DNA from: the human T2T-CHM13v2.0 reference genome, Homo sapiens
NCBI GenBank assembly: GCA_009914755.4
Contig: CP068257.2
Span: 16,352,001 to 16,416,000, forward strand
Direction of reading: 5' to 3'
Length of the DNA: 64,000 nucleotides
Shown here: positions 35,038 to 48,735 of the stretch, piece by piece
How the letters are laid out: each line of letters starts with the position of its first letter
How positions within the stretch are numbered: the stretch's first letter is position 1
Made by a program: the position numbers and the translations under genes
The notes under the pieces: model-generated
Seen by the model: the letters and a program-made list of their open reading frames with translations, nothing else
Databases searched by the model: none
Told to the model about the DNA's origin: nothing

Positions 35038-35425
35038 CAGAGTGATTTCAGTTTGCTATAGACTGAATGCTTGTATCCCTTCTCAAATTCATATGTTGAA
35101 ATTCTAACGCATAACGTGGTGGTACTAAGAGGTGGGGCTTTTGGGAGGTAATTAGATCATGAGAGGAGAGCCCTCATGAATGGGCTTAGTGCCCTGATAA
35201 GGCAATACAAGAGAGCTTGCTTCCTCTCTCTGTTCTCTACCAAAGGAGAATACAACAAGAAGATGGCCATCTGTAGACCAGGAGGTGGTCCCTCCCCAGA
35301 AACTGGATGGGCCAGCACGTTGATTCTGAACTTCTAGCCTCCAGAACTGTAAGAAATAAATTTCTATTGTTTAAGCCACCTGGTCATGACATACTGTTTT
35401 AGCAGCTCAAACTGACTAAGACACA
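35038..35425 (+). mobile_element. MLT1-like MaLR LTR, family X, essentially full length
   Basis: gtttgctatagactgaatgcttgtatcccttctcaaattcatatgttgaaattctaacgcataacgtggtggtactaagaggtggggcttttgggaggtaattagatcatgagaggagagccctcatgaatgggcttagtgccctgataaggcaatacaagagagcttgcttcctctctctgttctctaccaaaggagaatacaacaagaagatggccatctgtagaccaggaggtggtccc...tagcctccagaactgtaagaaataaatttctattgtttaagccacctggtcatgacatactgttttagcagctcaaactgactaagacac; 3' end is homologous to the THE1/MST LTR 3' end (aactgtgag..aataaa...tttataaattacccagtct...tagcag...ctaatacag). Confidence 0.6.
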
Positions 35426-35584
35426 GTTCCTTTAAACAGTATCAATACAAATACAACAATGAAAGAAACCTCATATTTCAGTGTGAATTTAAATGTCATC
35501 TCTTTGTTGGGAATTTTTTTGAACAAGTAAATTAGCTATCTCTGTTATTCCTTATCACAGCACCTTATTATTTCCTTTAGCTCT

Positions 35585-35730
35585 TCCTCCCCTCCCCTCC
35601 CCTCCCCTTCCCCTTCCCCTTCTCCTTTTCCTTTTCCTTTTCCTTTTCCTTTTCCTTCCTTCCTTCCTTCCTTCCTTCCTTCCTTCCTTCCTTCCTTCCT
35701 TCCTTCTTTCCTTCCTCTCTGTTTCTTTCT
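35585..35730. repeat. Compound polypyrimidine microsatellite (CCCCT)n-(CCCTT/CCTTTT)n-(CCTT)n
   Basis: ccctcccctcccctccccttccccttccccttctccttttccttttccttttccttttccttttccttccttccttcc(...x13)ttctttccttcctctctgtttctttcttc. Confidence 0.95.
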
Positions 35731-35788
35731 TCTATCTGTGTAACTTATTATCTATTTTTACAGGTAAGTTTCATAAGATCAAGAACTA

Positions 35789-36108
<320 letters not shown>

Positions 36109-37299
36109 CTAGGCTTGTTAACTACTTTATCTCCAGTGGCTGGACAGTTACTACTGCATAATATACATCCAGCAAATATTTGTTGAATATTGTTGAATAA
36201 GTGATTTCAAAGTCACTTATTTAGCCCAGCCTGGTTCATAGACAGATATATGTTTTGTCAGTTAAGGTAAATAATAGCTGGCATACCTATTTTCAATGAT
36301 AAAAATGAAAGTAGATTTTATAAATTCATTGTCTCTTTTTATTCCCTGAACATGGTCTGGTTTAGAATTGCACATGAAAAATTATGAAGTGAGCTTAGCA
36401 TCTCATGTTACCCATTATGCTTTCTCTTTCTCACCTTCTTTAATTTCTTAGAGTTCTTATGGCCTCTTTAATTTTTTTCTAATCAAAGAAAATGAGGTGA
36501 GAAGTCACTTTCACTTGGGTGCGGATGAACCAATATCATCTCTCCTAAAGCAATAGATCTATTTATAGGAATCTCAGCTTTAAATAGCATGAGTGATAAT
36601 AATTCATAAATCAGTCAGACTCTAGGCAATGTGTTAAACATAGATATTGATGTGGGGGATGTACAAATTCCTACTTTAATTTATGGCATTAGAATCACAC
36701 CTTGCTTGCAGGCAGACATTTTGGCCACATGTCTGACATTGTTTGAATATATTATGAAGCCAGATTAAACAATCCTTGTGTATATTTTAAATTTTTTAGA
36801 AACAGAAGAATGAAATGAGTTTCACTGAAGATAGATGTGTTATGAAAACATAAACATTTTGAAACTTTGATCAAAATAGTAATCTTTACTTGTTTTTATG
36901 TGCAAAAAGGCAACAATTTAGGAAACTGTATATATTTAACATGTATCAGGGATATTTTATCTATCTATAAATTTAGCTAAGTCTCTATCTGATTGTTTAT
37001 TTCTAGTCATCTAGAATCTGGAACCTTCCTGTTTTGGGGGGAATCTCAGGGAGGCTCCACTTCCCACAAAGAGACAAAGGAGGTAGATATTCCTGTCTCA
37101 ATGCCCTAGCAGCTAGGGCTCAGGTAAGTGAGCCTCAAGCAAATGGATGTTCAAGCCCAGGACACTGAATCTTATAATTAATTAAAAGATTTTCAAGTTA
37201 GTGGGAACTATGGAGTAAAGTCCAGGCGTGCAGTAGTGCTAGTGAGAACAACAGGAAGTGTCCTGTGATAGCATTGCAGCCACATCATCTCTGGGACAT

Positions 37300-37950
37300 G
37301 ACCTGGCTGTGTTATTAGCTTTTATCCTCTCTTGGATCCTGGGGCTTTCTGAGAGGCTTCTCTAGCCCCCTTGTCAATTATGTAAGGTACTGGAGATCTG
37401 TGGCAGGCAGGCTCTAACATAGCCCCCAGTGATCCCTCCCCACTGATTCTTGTGCCCTCGAGTAATCTTCTCTCTTTGAGAGTGGGCTGGACCTAATGGC
37501 TAACTTCTAACTAATAGGATATGGCAAAAGTGATGGGATGTTACTCTTGAGATTAGGCTACAAAGAGACTGTGACTTCTGTCATCGGTGTACGCATTCTC
37601 TTGCCTACTCTAAGGAAAGCCAAATGACAATTTGGAAACGACCTTACAAAGAGACCTGCATGGCAAGGAACTACCTGGTTGCCAGTCCATGTCTGGACAA
37701 CGAGCAGCATGGACCTGAGGTTTGTTAACTCATGTGAGTGAGCTTGGAAACAGATCCTCCTTCAGTTGAGCCAGTAGGCTGGCTAGACCTGCTTGGAGTC
37801 TTGTGAGAGACCTTTTGTCAGAAACACCCAGCTGAGCCATTACCCACAGAAACTGATGTCATTAACCACAGAAACTGTGACATACTATAACTGCTCGTCG
37901 TTTTCCATTGTTAAGCATTGGATAATCTGTTACATAGAAATACATAAGTA
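37300..37950 (+). mobile_element. LTR-like interspersed repeat related to the MaLR/MLT1 group (3' part clearest); family not assignable
   Basis: cactgattcttgtgccctcgagtaatcttctctctttgagagtgggctggacctaatggctaacttctaactaataggatatggcaaaagtgatgggatgttactcttgagattaggctacaaagagactgtgacttctgtc...catgtgagtgagcttggaaacagatcctccttcagttgagcc...cttgtgagagacc...cccagctgagccat...cacagaaactgtgacat matches a high-copy repeat I recognise (tgtgcccttgagtaatcttctctctttgagtgtgggctggacctagtgacttgcttctaacaaatagaatatggcaaaagtgatgggatgtcactt...) whose tail ...cacagaaactgtgagataataaatgtttgttgttttaagccac parallels MaLR LTR 3' ends. Confidence 0.4.
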
Positions 37951-40900
37951 ATTAAATGTCCTTCCAGAAAATCTCTCTTCTGTTTAAGTAAACTAGATTA
38001 GGTTTCTGTTGGTTGCAATGGAGAATGCAGAAATTGTTACTAGGAATAGAAATGGATGGGATCGGACTGAAGACAGTGGAAATCTCTTTAGGATTCTGGA
38101 AAAAAATCCTGAAATTTATTGTATTCAATAAGAAAACACTTATTTAAAATTTTAATCTGTGGTCAATTTATAATAAAGTACCCTTTGAAGGCAAAATTTG
38201 GGTAAATCCAGTGTTTGCTACCTTAGAAAAATAGTAGAGGTATGTGGAATTTAAAGTCATGTAGCAGGGTGGCTTTTTCTAATAGTATTGGGCAGATCAG
38301 AGGAGAATAACCAAGGGTAAGTTTCTAGATTTTCAGCAAGGCATAGATGTTTTATGACTTTGCCAAAGATTCAACAACTGTTTGAAGCCATAGGGCTGAG
38401 TCAGTCAAGAACCAAATGAATAGTTTGATCTAATTAGTTACTAAATTAGAATGCAGTCAAAATTTTGGTTCATAATGGCTCTTATATGAAAACGGAAACT
38501 CAGAATTGGTCTGGCAATATCTAGGAAGATGCGAAGCCCCTGGTGAAGCTGAAACTGCCAACTCCACTGAACTTCTCATGGCAACCAATGCAGACCCACT
38601 TCCCCTATCTGGAAAAGTTGTTCTCTCTTTGCCTAAAGATGTCATAAGTCTTTAACCTGTGGGAGATTCCTTACTAGGGCAACTTGCCTCATTTTCACTC
38701 TGAAAATACTTTTAATTGTTTACTTAGTTAGCTGATTGGAACCTATATTTAACAGTGGCCCATATTTAATAAAAGAGATGTCAGAAATTCCTTGGTAATA
38801 ATAGAGAAGAAGAAGCTAAAGAATTTCAGAAGGCTTAAGAAATTGGGGTAATTTTATCTAATATGACCCAGCTGGGGCAGGACAGACTTTATTTGCCAAA
38901 ATTATGAAAAATAGATTTTTTTGGGGGGGAGAAAAATGCCATTACATTTGCCATTGGAAAGGGGCTTTGGAGATTGTTCTCTGTAGATCAGCATACTATT
39001 AAATGCTACAGGTATAACTGGTTCCTTGGTTGCAGTGGGGATGGTTGAATCCTGGAGAGGCAGAGGCCAGGCTTACTTGCATTTTGTATTAGGTAGAGGG
39101 GGATAAAATAGCTGTTGAGTCCACTAAGATTCTACTTGAGGCCCAATAAATTACACTATTAGAGAATCCATAGCCTTTTTCCTAATTACCAAAGGGATCG
39201 ATCCAATGACTCAGCATCTATGAATGAAGAGAGTTAAAATTACCTTTGAGAAAAAACAAGTATATGCTGTGAACCTTCATCCTAGGATTCTCCAAATTAT
39301 TCTATTTCTACTTGCCATCACAGTTGTATCATTTATATGATTTTTTGGCACTGCCTGTGAATAGACACTAATTTACAATGCTACTGCAGATTACCAGTCA
39401 TAGTATGGGCTTATGGAGAGTCAGCTGATAAACAGAACTCAAACCAGGTAGGGGGAACTTGGGAAGATGTTAGCAAAGGATAAAACATTTAGTTAGAGAG
39501 GAGAAATAAGGTCAAGATATATATTGTACAACATGGCAACTGTGGTTAATAACAATGAATTGAATACTTGAAAATTGCTAGGAGAGTAGATCTTAGGTGT
39601 TCACACCAGAAAAATGATAAGTGTATGAAATAATGCATATTTTAATTAGCTGTATTTATCCGTTATTCAATATATACATGTTTCAAAATATGTATATCAT
39701 AAATGTATACAATTTTTATGTATCATTTAAAAACATTTTTAAAAATAACATTAAGAAGTTAGGAAAATACAGAATGCATACAATAAAGTTCTGAAGGGGA
39801 GAAAATAGATTTTTGACCCAAACAATGCTGAATCACTAGGGAGTCATTGGAGATTAGTGCCACAATACAATATTTGAAAGATTCGGGGGAATTGATTCCT
39901 ACCCCTTTCTCATTTATCTCTCCAATATGACTGGTGCTGAAGATAGATGACTTCAGGAAAATGACAGGTGGTTACCTGAAATGAAACTTCTGTTTCAAAT
40001 GTGATCCCCTTACTGGAGCAAATCAATGTACCCTAACATCTGGTGTGCAATTACTTACTTGAAAATATTTTTCTCTTATTTCCTTTTTTTTCCCCACTGA
40101 ACAGAAGATACCAGAACTTTTAAAAGCTAGCACTGTCTCTCCAAACTGTGGCCCAGAATTCCATCGACATGTAGTTTCACTCTATTGTTCACCTGGTGCT
40201 GATAGAACCTGGAAAGCAGTTATCTTAAAGGTGACGGCATGACATTTGCATGGCATTCATTCACTTGAAAATAGCTATTGAGTGCTTATTTTGTGTTAGT
40301 TTCCTTTTTAGTATTTAAAACGTAGCAGTGAACAAAAGGGAACAAATTCTTGTTCTCATAAGCTTACATCATGGAAGGGAGAGAGTAAGTATAAACAAGC
40401 ATGTGTATGCATCACATATTAAATTCTGATGAATGCTATGCAAAGAACAAAAACGGGAGTAAACGAGGTCAGAGGATGATACTTAATATTGGGGGTTAGG
40501 GAAGGCTGAACTGATAGGATGATATACCAATGGAGACCTGATGGAACAGAAAAAATGCAACACAAAATATTTTGGACAAGAAAGTTCAAAATTTAAGGAA
40601 TAGGTAATGCAAAGACAATAAAAGCGGTGACCTGCATTTCACTGTGAACATAGCAGCTGGTACACTGAGTGAGGTAGGGATAAGGACAGAGGCAGGAGAT
40701 CATATAGGTCATTGTAGTCTGTCTCTGAGTGAATTGGGAAATGGCTGGTTTTGTGCAGAAGTATGACATTATCTGACATATATTTAAAAAGAACCATTTA
40801 TTTATTATTCTCTTCAGGTGGTATCAGAAACTGATTCCTCCCATAGCATCCTGCCACAAAATAATATTGCAACTTTAATTAATATCAATGTTTGGATTTA

Positions 40901-42589
40901 TTTATGGTAAGATACCACTGGGTGACAGTCCTGTGACCTCTGACTGCAGGGACCAAATCATTATCACTTAGAGAATGAGTGGAACTTAATGGTTTACACC
41001 CAGCAGCAGAAATGTGGGAGTAACAGCCCATTTGCCTTTTTCAGTTGTCAAAGTTATGTTATGGGTATAGTAGGGTATAGCCTTGGATCTGTATAACTCT
41101 ATGTTTCTGAAGAACTAGTGAGACAGAACCATTGAGAACATATTTACATGAGGGATCATTAAAATACCTGGGAAAGAACTCAACATAAGGGAAGAGAATC
41201 AAGACGCTCACACACAATGTGACTTCAGAGACCTCTCATTTAAAATAACATAGCTTAAGTTTGGCTGATATAGTCTGTACTATATTCTCACAAAAATACT
41301 TTAAAAATAGAAAAAAGAAAAAACCTTATAACATCTTAAGATAAGTTTGAGTATCAGCGTGATTTCAGAATCTGAAAGGAATTTCCACTGACTCTAAGGT
41401 ATATGAAATTGAATTGAGAACCCTATGAGTGGCCCATCCAAACAATGACTTGGCAAGCTTGCCCACTGTTTCTCTTGTTCATATTATGACTGTGCTTTAT
41501 TCTGGGAATGGCTATGCTTCTCAGTCATGTGTAGGAAATCATCTTATAAGATGATTTCTATAATATGTAATAATGGAAATGTTAGGAAACAAAATTTGTT
41601 GCATTATGTCATGCAAACTTTGCCTCCTTGGCACTTTGAAATCTGTTAGAAAACATAAGAGTTTCTCTTCTCTGTGCACCAGGTGACCTGAAATACATAG
41701 TAATTGATGTCGTCATCTTGAATATAAAAGACAAAGTGTGGTGCAAGTGTAGCCCTTCCAGGTCACCACCACCTGTCAGGCAGCAGGGCTTGGGAAGTCT
41801 TCCACAATCCACAGAATATGGACTAAGATTTATGGAATAGGATTTACTGGGGAAAGTCTACAAATTAAGAGCCAATAGGAAGGAAAGAAGCATACAGTAC
41901 CTGCATTTTCTTCATGTCATGGAGTTAATGCCATGGCCTGGGTGGTCTAATAGAAGTGGAATATATTTGTATTAGCGTGGAGGGTCTCCATTCTCCTGTG
42001 ATTCTTTCTTCTATTGGGTAAATGTGAGAACAACAATTGTCAGCGGGCATGCAATAGACTACTGGGTCAGCAGGCAATCTGAATTTAGAAGACAGCTTTC
42101 TATATAAATTGTCTGGGTAATCTTGAACCCCAGTACTTAGATAGTATGTGAGGTCTGTAGGAGACTGAAGTTCTTTCTCCAGGGAGGAAAAAGCCACCAG
42201 TAACATGAAAATTTGACTTTAGGTATATTCTCTTTGACTAGAGAAGGAGAGAAAGCCTCAGGCTCGCCACTTGTTAAGGGAGTTCAGAGAGACCTGGTTG
42301 CTGTACCACAGTAGGTCATCTCAGATGAGAGAAACAGTTATCAGACTCCCAGTGCATGACTCCAGACAGACCTCTTTTTGTCCACTCCCATTAAGATGGA
42401 TTGCAGAGAACCTTAAGTTCTGTTTGGTCCTTTGCAACATTTCAGGGAGAGAGGTCTTACTAGCAGAAGATTGAAAAATCTGTTTTTAGATGAGCCTTTA
42501 TATATGTCTGTATGTTTACTATTTTCTGTGTTCTTCGTTTCCTTGTGTAGACCCATTTCTCCATTTAGTATCGCTTTTCCTTCATTCTG

Positions 42590-43990
42590 AAGGACTTGCT
42601 TCATTTTGAAAGATAATTTGGCTGGGTATAGAACACCAGGTTGTGAGTTTTCTTTCTTTCAGTATTTTAAATACGTTTTATCACTTGCATTGTTTTTGAT
42701 AAGAAAACTGTTTTCATTCTTACCTTTGTTTCCCTGCACATAGTGTTTTTTTCTCTGCTTTTAAGACTTCCTCTTTATAACTGGTTTTAAGCAATTCGAA
42801 TATCATCTGCCTTGGTGTCTTGATATTTCTTGTGCTTGAAGTTTGTTGAACGTTTTGGATCAATAATTTGCAGTGTTCCTCGAATTTGGAATATTTTAGG
42901 CCACTATTTCTTCAAACAGTTTTTTCTTTTCCCTCACTTCTCCTTTGGATACTTCAATTTCATATATACTAGTCTACTTGAAGTTGTCCCACAGTTTGTT
43001 AATGTTGTATTACTTCTTCTTTTTCAGTCTTTGTTTACGTTGCAGATAGTCTCTAGTGCTATGTTTTCATATTCACTAATCTTTATTCTTCAAAACCTAA
43101 TCTGCTATTAATTTTGTTCAGTGCATTTTTAATCTCAGATGTTAAAGTTTTATCTTGAAAATTCAATTTGGATCTTCTTTCATGTCTCTGCCTAAAATGC
43201 TCAATCTTTTCTTTATTTTCTTGAATATATGAATTATGGTGTGTATTAATGTCCTTATGTACAAATCATAGCATCTGTGTCATTTTTGATCTGTTTCTAT
43301 TGATTGATTTCTTTCTCTTCATCCCACATCATATTTTCCTCCTTTGCATATTTGGTAATTCTTACTTGGCTGACAGACATTATACATTTTATCTTGATTA
43401 TTTTTATATTCCTATAAGTATTCTTGAACTTTATTCTGGGATGCAGTTAAGTTACTTGGAAACTGTTTTATCTATTAGAGTCTTGCTTTTGAGCTTTGTT
43501 AGGTGAGATCATAGAAGCCTGTAGTCTAGGGCCAATTATCCTTTATTACTAAGGCAATACCTTTCTGAGTACTCTACCTAATGACCTGTGAATTCTGAGA
43601 TTTTTTTCAGTCTGGCTAGTAGGAACACAAACTATTCCTGGTTATGTGTCAGTTCTGGGGAATATTACCTGTAATCCTTTTGGCATTTTATCCTTGGCTT
43701 TGTGTAGTTTCCTCACACACATGCAAAGATTAACACTCTGCTGAAGGCTCAAGAGGTATCCTCTGCATATTTCAGGGGCTTGCTTTGTGTATAGGACTGT
43801 ACGCTCTGGCACTCTGCCCTGTGAACTCTAGCTACCTTGGCCTCCTTGGAATCCTAACTCAGTTCAACTCAGGAAGACCACTGGGTTCTGCCTGAGCTTC
43901 CTTTCCCTGCACTGTGGCCTGGAAACTCTGCCTAGGCACTAGAGTGGGACAGCGATAGGTCTTCTTTTGTTTATTTTCTCTTTATCAGAA
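42590..43990 (-). mobile_element. Probable old L1 (L1M/HAL1-like) 5'-portion (ORF1-region) fragment, antisense
   Basis: aaagataatttggctgggtatagaacaccaggttgtgagttttctttctttcagtattttaaatacg...cattcttacctttgtttccctgc...tttaagacttcctctttataactggttttaagcaattcgaatatcatctgccttggtgtcttgatatttcttgtgcttgaagtttgttgaacgttttggatc resembles the antisense L1 ORF1/5' region (ggctgggtatagaattctaggttgacagtt.ttttctttcagcactttaaagatgt...); weak by eye. Confidence 0.4.
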
Positions 43991-45251
43991 ATCAGTCTTC
44001 TTTCCATCTTGATTGAAAACAGTTCTATTATATATATTATCATGAAGAAAAATTTAAGGCAGTATTGGAAAGCTTTTCTAATTTTTTTCTGTTACTTGAT
44101 GTTATAATTGTTTCTTTTCCTTGTAAAATTAAACTTTTTTTTGATTTGGGCAGATATGAGTGACTTCAGTAAAATTCCCATAAAATAATTAGAACTCTAA
44201 TATTAGCCAGGAAACTGGGTGGAGTTCTTTCTATTGTAAAGATTTTACTATTTATGGCAGCTTGAATAGCATTGCCCTGCCATATTCAATCATTAACCAA
44301 TAATATTTTATCCATGCAGATTTTGTACCTATTTTAATATCTAAAACCACACCTGAAAACCAAAACAATTTTGAGGAGACTGATATCTAGAAGGTTAGTA
44401 TGCCCAATAAAGGTATGAAGAATTCTGGTAGCATTACCTTCTGGAGATTTTAGATTTCCATATATAACATATTTTCACAATATCAGACAATGGGGATGAG
44501 TAAGAATTATATTTTAACTCCAACAGACCTACATTGAATTAAATCCTGCTAGTTCTGATACTAATAATTAGAAAACTTATACAGCAAGCGATCCTATGTC
44601 TTGGAAGGAGATTTAATTGGCATCCAAGTAAACAGAAAGTTGGGCTAAGTGAAATGTATATATTCTGACTTTTAAAAAATTTTAGGTGTGGAAAATTCTT
44701 ATTTTGTTAGTAGGAGTAGACAATGTAAGTGGAGGAACTCTCAAAAGTCTTCTAAAATGAAGATGGGATAGATCCTAAAATGGTAGAGTAAGAACAATCT
44801 TTTAAAATTATCCATAGCAGGAAACAGGAAAAATTATTAGAATCCTACCATCTTTTATAGCACTATGAAGTTCTGGCCTCTATGAAATAGAAGCAGAAAG
44901 TCATTAGGAAGACAGAGGTTGAGATGGAAAGGTAACATAATGATAGAAGTAGTAATGAGAAGTGTTAAGTGTGTAGTGAAGGGTAGAGCTGATACCATCA
45001 AAGAATTAAATCAGTGATGGAGGATCACTTGCAGAAGCTCTCCAAGATCAGAGAGAATAAAGAGAGACCAATAAAAAGAATAAGTGGGTAAATAATACAT
45101 ATAGAGGAAAAGAACTTGTAGAATGTTTGATGGTTTTAGGGTATCTGACATAAACATTAGAACACTTAGCAGCAATAACCAGTGTTAAGAGAGGGGAATA
45201 TACAAACTTTAAAAAAAATCAGCATACAGATTTAACATTTTCCTCTCATTT

Positions 45252-45400
45252 ATGCAGAATCAATTCTACAAGTCTTGCATTGTTTTTGATAAGAAAACTG
45301 TTTGCATTCTTACCTTTGTTTCCCTGCACATAATGTTTTTTTCCGTGCTTTTAAGACTTCCTCTTTATAACTGGTTTTAAGCAATTTGATTATCATCTGC
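45252..45400 (+). repeat. ~148-bp segmental duplicate of 42690-42832 (~93% identity), same orientation, 2.56 kb downstream
   Basis: tacaagtcttgcattgtttttgataagaaaactgtttgcattcttacctttgtttccctgcacataatgtttttttccgtgcttttaagacttcctctttataactggttttaagcaatttgattatcatctgcctt vs atcacttgcattgtttttgataagaaaactgttttcattcttacctttgtttccctgcacatagtgtttttttctctgcttttaagacttcctctttataactggttttaagcaattcgaatatcatctgcctt. Confidence 0.8.
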
Positions 45401-48400
45401 CTTACAAATACAGCTTTACAATTTTTTTTAATCAGAAAAACATCTGGTACTTTCTCTTTTGGTGAAAAGTTTACTAAGTTGCTTCCAAAAGAATGATTTT
45501 TTTAGAAAAGACTAGCCTCAGACTTCTCTTTAGTACTAAATGTCATAATGAAATGACATTAAAATGGAGAATTTTGAGGGAAGAAATTTGAAATGCTAAA
45601 TTGTGCATTTCCCCAAGGTGTCTTTTACGTTTCTGAGCAATAGAAAGACATTCCCAATGTATAAGGGCTCAGAAGATATATTCCACATGTAAATCAAACA
45701 AAAGTAGACAATAAATTAACCTCAGGCATTTGAATGATCATCAAAAATTATAAATTCAAGAGAAGTGGTAATTATGAAAGACATTGATTATGAATGATTT
45801 TTTACACAATTTGACACGAATTCAGGAATCCAGTTAAATATAGTTTTAGCTGGACTCTATGTCATGATAGTTAAAGTCGTTTCTGAGATAGTTTGCTGAA
45901 TTTTTATTTTTTTGCTTTCACTGTATTTCCATTGACAGTGACAAGTGTTTCTTATGCTTTATTATTGAAACTAAGTTTAGATAGAAGCTCTTCCCATATT
46001 TGATGACCACTTAAAGTAAGTGGGAAAAATACTTGCCAACAATCACTAAATTACTTGCACTTGGAAAATTACTAAACACATACTTCAGAGTAGAGGTGCA
46101 TAGAAAACTTAATGACCATGAGATATGAGTGGATAGTTTCTGTATCATTAAAAATCAAGTAAAATGACTTGATGTAAGATTTGGGGTATTTTAGATATTG
46201 GGAATGCCTGACAAATAATCTAGTGGCAAACATTAATTGTAAGTCCCTTTTCAATGTCATCTTACATGTAGAATTTTTGAATATTTCATCCATGGTACTT
46301 AAAAATAAGAATCTAAAATATGATCCCAGATATGTAAACAAAATATGCTTGGATAAAAAGAAGATAAAGACTTACCTAGATAAGTCCATGGGGATCGCAA
46401 GATGTCTTTCTTCTTATGAATTGATGGTCCAAACTGAAATTTTCATTCCATCCCATTTTGGGATGGAAGCTATTTAGTTTAGTGATAATTCTGAATCGAG
46501 GGATTCTTAATGGTCAGGATTTATGCTGCCTCAATGTCAAGTCTGTACTAACTCCTCTGTGTTAACACATTACAAATAAATCTGAGAGATATATATCTGT
46601 TATTTATCAACTCTTAGATATTCATTAAGTTTGCTATTCTAATATTTTAAGAAGAAATCTATTTTGATTGTTCATGATAATGTAATAGAAAGTGTTAAGT
46701 TTGTAGCTTTAGTAGTTAGGGGTAGGGATTGTGGTAGGGAGTAAAGGCCTTAAGGTCAAAGAGTCATATCCCATGCTGTTCTCTAAATCTTGTATGAAAT
46801 CTTGGACATCATGGATAAAAACCTTAGACATCATGTGTGAAATGTGTTCCTTGCCTATTCCTACCTCTCTTCAATGGATCTTAGAATATTTGACCTGAAT
46901 TTCTTATTTGGGAACACTTTTATATTGTTTTCTATATTCTAAATCTAGAAATATCGGCCAACTTTTCATTCGACATCTAAGGAACTCTAGAGCCTTGAAC
47001 TTGCTTTGACAATATGGCTTCTGGTTCTAATTTGGGGCTCCTTAGAGATCCTGAATATAAATTACTCCCTATCCTCTATTACTTATTGGAAAAACCTAAC
47101 CCCTAATCCTTATGTAACTCATCTTGATGCTACCAAAACCTCAACTCTGGCACCATGCCTTTTTTAAAAAAATTAAATAAAAGTTAAAATAACAATTAAA
47201 GCCTTTGCAAATTACCCTTTAAGAGATTTATGGATTGCTATTTTTTCTGCTTAACTCCAGTAAAAGGAATTTGACATTTATATAGATATTAGTTTTCATT
47301 TAACACATGTTGAGACTTTAATCCTTATTGGGTCTTGCTGAGCCTCCAAACATGGACTAAGTTCACAGGATAGTTTTTCACAGATGGATCACATCACATA
47401 AATAAGAATGTAACTTCACTCAGAACATTCTTTCAAAAGAAATATGTTATTTAACTATTCAAACCTCTTATCATAATTGAGTCTTATAATTTATTTGTTA
47501 AAGGCCCTATTTATCTTTGCTCATGAAATAAAATATTCAAAAACAGATTACAAAGTAGCATGGTCATGCAAACTTTGGTAAAAGACTCAGAACACTTTAT
47601 GTCCACTACATGTGGACAATTCTTTCTGCATATGAACTGCCCTTTCCTGCATCCACAGCTCTTATCCCTTCACTCTGTATTATCTTTACAAAAGAGAAGG
47701 AGACGACATACAAAATTAATTTAAGTAAAGGTCTGCATTACAACTGAAAGCCATTAACTGGCAGTGGCTCACCAAAGTACAGGCAAAAATCAATTTTAAT
47801 TAGTATTTTTGGCTTTAATGAAAAGTGATTACAAAATTGGCATTTTAGCTAATACTGTTGAGATTTATGGTGAGCTGATGCTAATTAATTTTCTGTTGAA
47901 TTGCTGTAGGCCTTAGTGTCTTCAATAAAATGGTATATTTGCTGATACTAGGGCTGCATCAGCAGTTCAGTTTTGTAACAAAAGGCTTCTTAATGGTTTA
48001 CAGGTGTATTTTACACTATTGCTCTAAGCTACAGTGCATTATTATTTTTTCCATAAAAAGACTGTTATAGGTAATCAAATTTCATACCATTTTATTAATT
48101 GGGACCATTTTATTTTAGTGTATCTTGAGTGTTATCCACAGAACTCTTTACTTCAAATATAGCTTTCTTTTGTCTACTCGCAGGTGGTAAAAAAATTAGA
48201 TGATATACTTTAATTAGAGAACATTTCATGACTGATTTCTCTTTATTTCTTCATTTTTCCTCTTCCCTTGATTGTATTGGTAATAAATTGGCTTCTGAAC
48301 CTAGTTACATGCTTTAGATCCATTTTAAGTCAGGAAATAAAAAAAGAATTAAGCTTTACAATTTACTCTTGTCATATGATTTGAGTTTTAAATGCTCTTT

Positions 48401-48654
48401 AGCTTGCTTTTATTGTGATTATTTCCTCCCTTTTTTAGAAAAGTGAAACAGTCCTTACTGAAGACTAAAAATTATATGATGATTTCTGTAAGCTGAAAAT
48501 TTGTATCCTGGCATTGATTTGGTTGGACCTATGAAAGTCATTTTGTTCATTTGTTATCGGTGTTATTGGCCTGTCATAGACAGACACAAGGTGGCGTTAT
48601 CCACACTCAAAAGGATGGCCTATGGAGAAAGAGAGATAGTGTTGGAGTCTTAAC

Positions 48655-48735
48655 TGACCGTGATTGGCTTTGGGGACTTGGGTAAGTTACTTAACCTCTC
48701 TAAGCTTCTGTTTACTCAACTGTGTGATGAAAATA
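48655..48735 (+). mobile_element. MIR core fragment
   Basis: cttgggtaagttacttaacctctctaagcttctgtttactcaactgtgtgatgaaaataactatgcc ~ MIR core (ccttgggcaagttacttaacctctctgtgcctcagtttcctcatctgtaaaatggggataataatagtacc). Confidence 0.55.
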
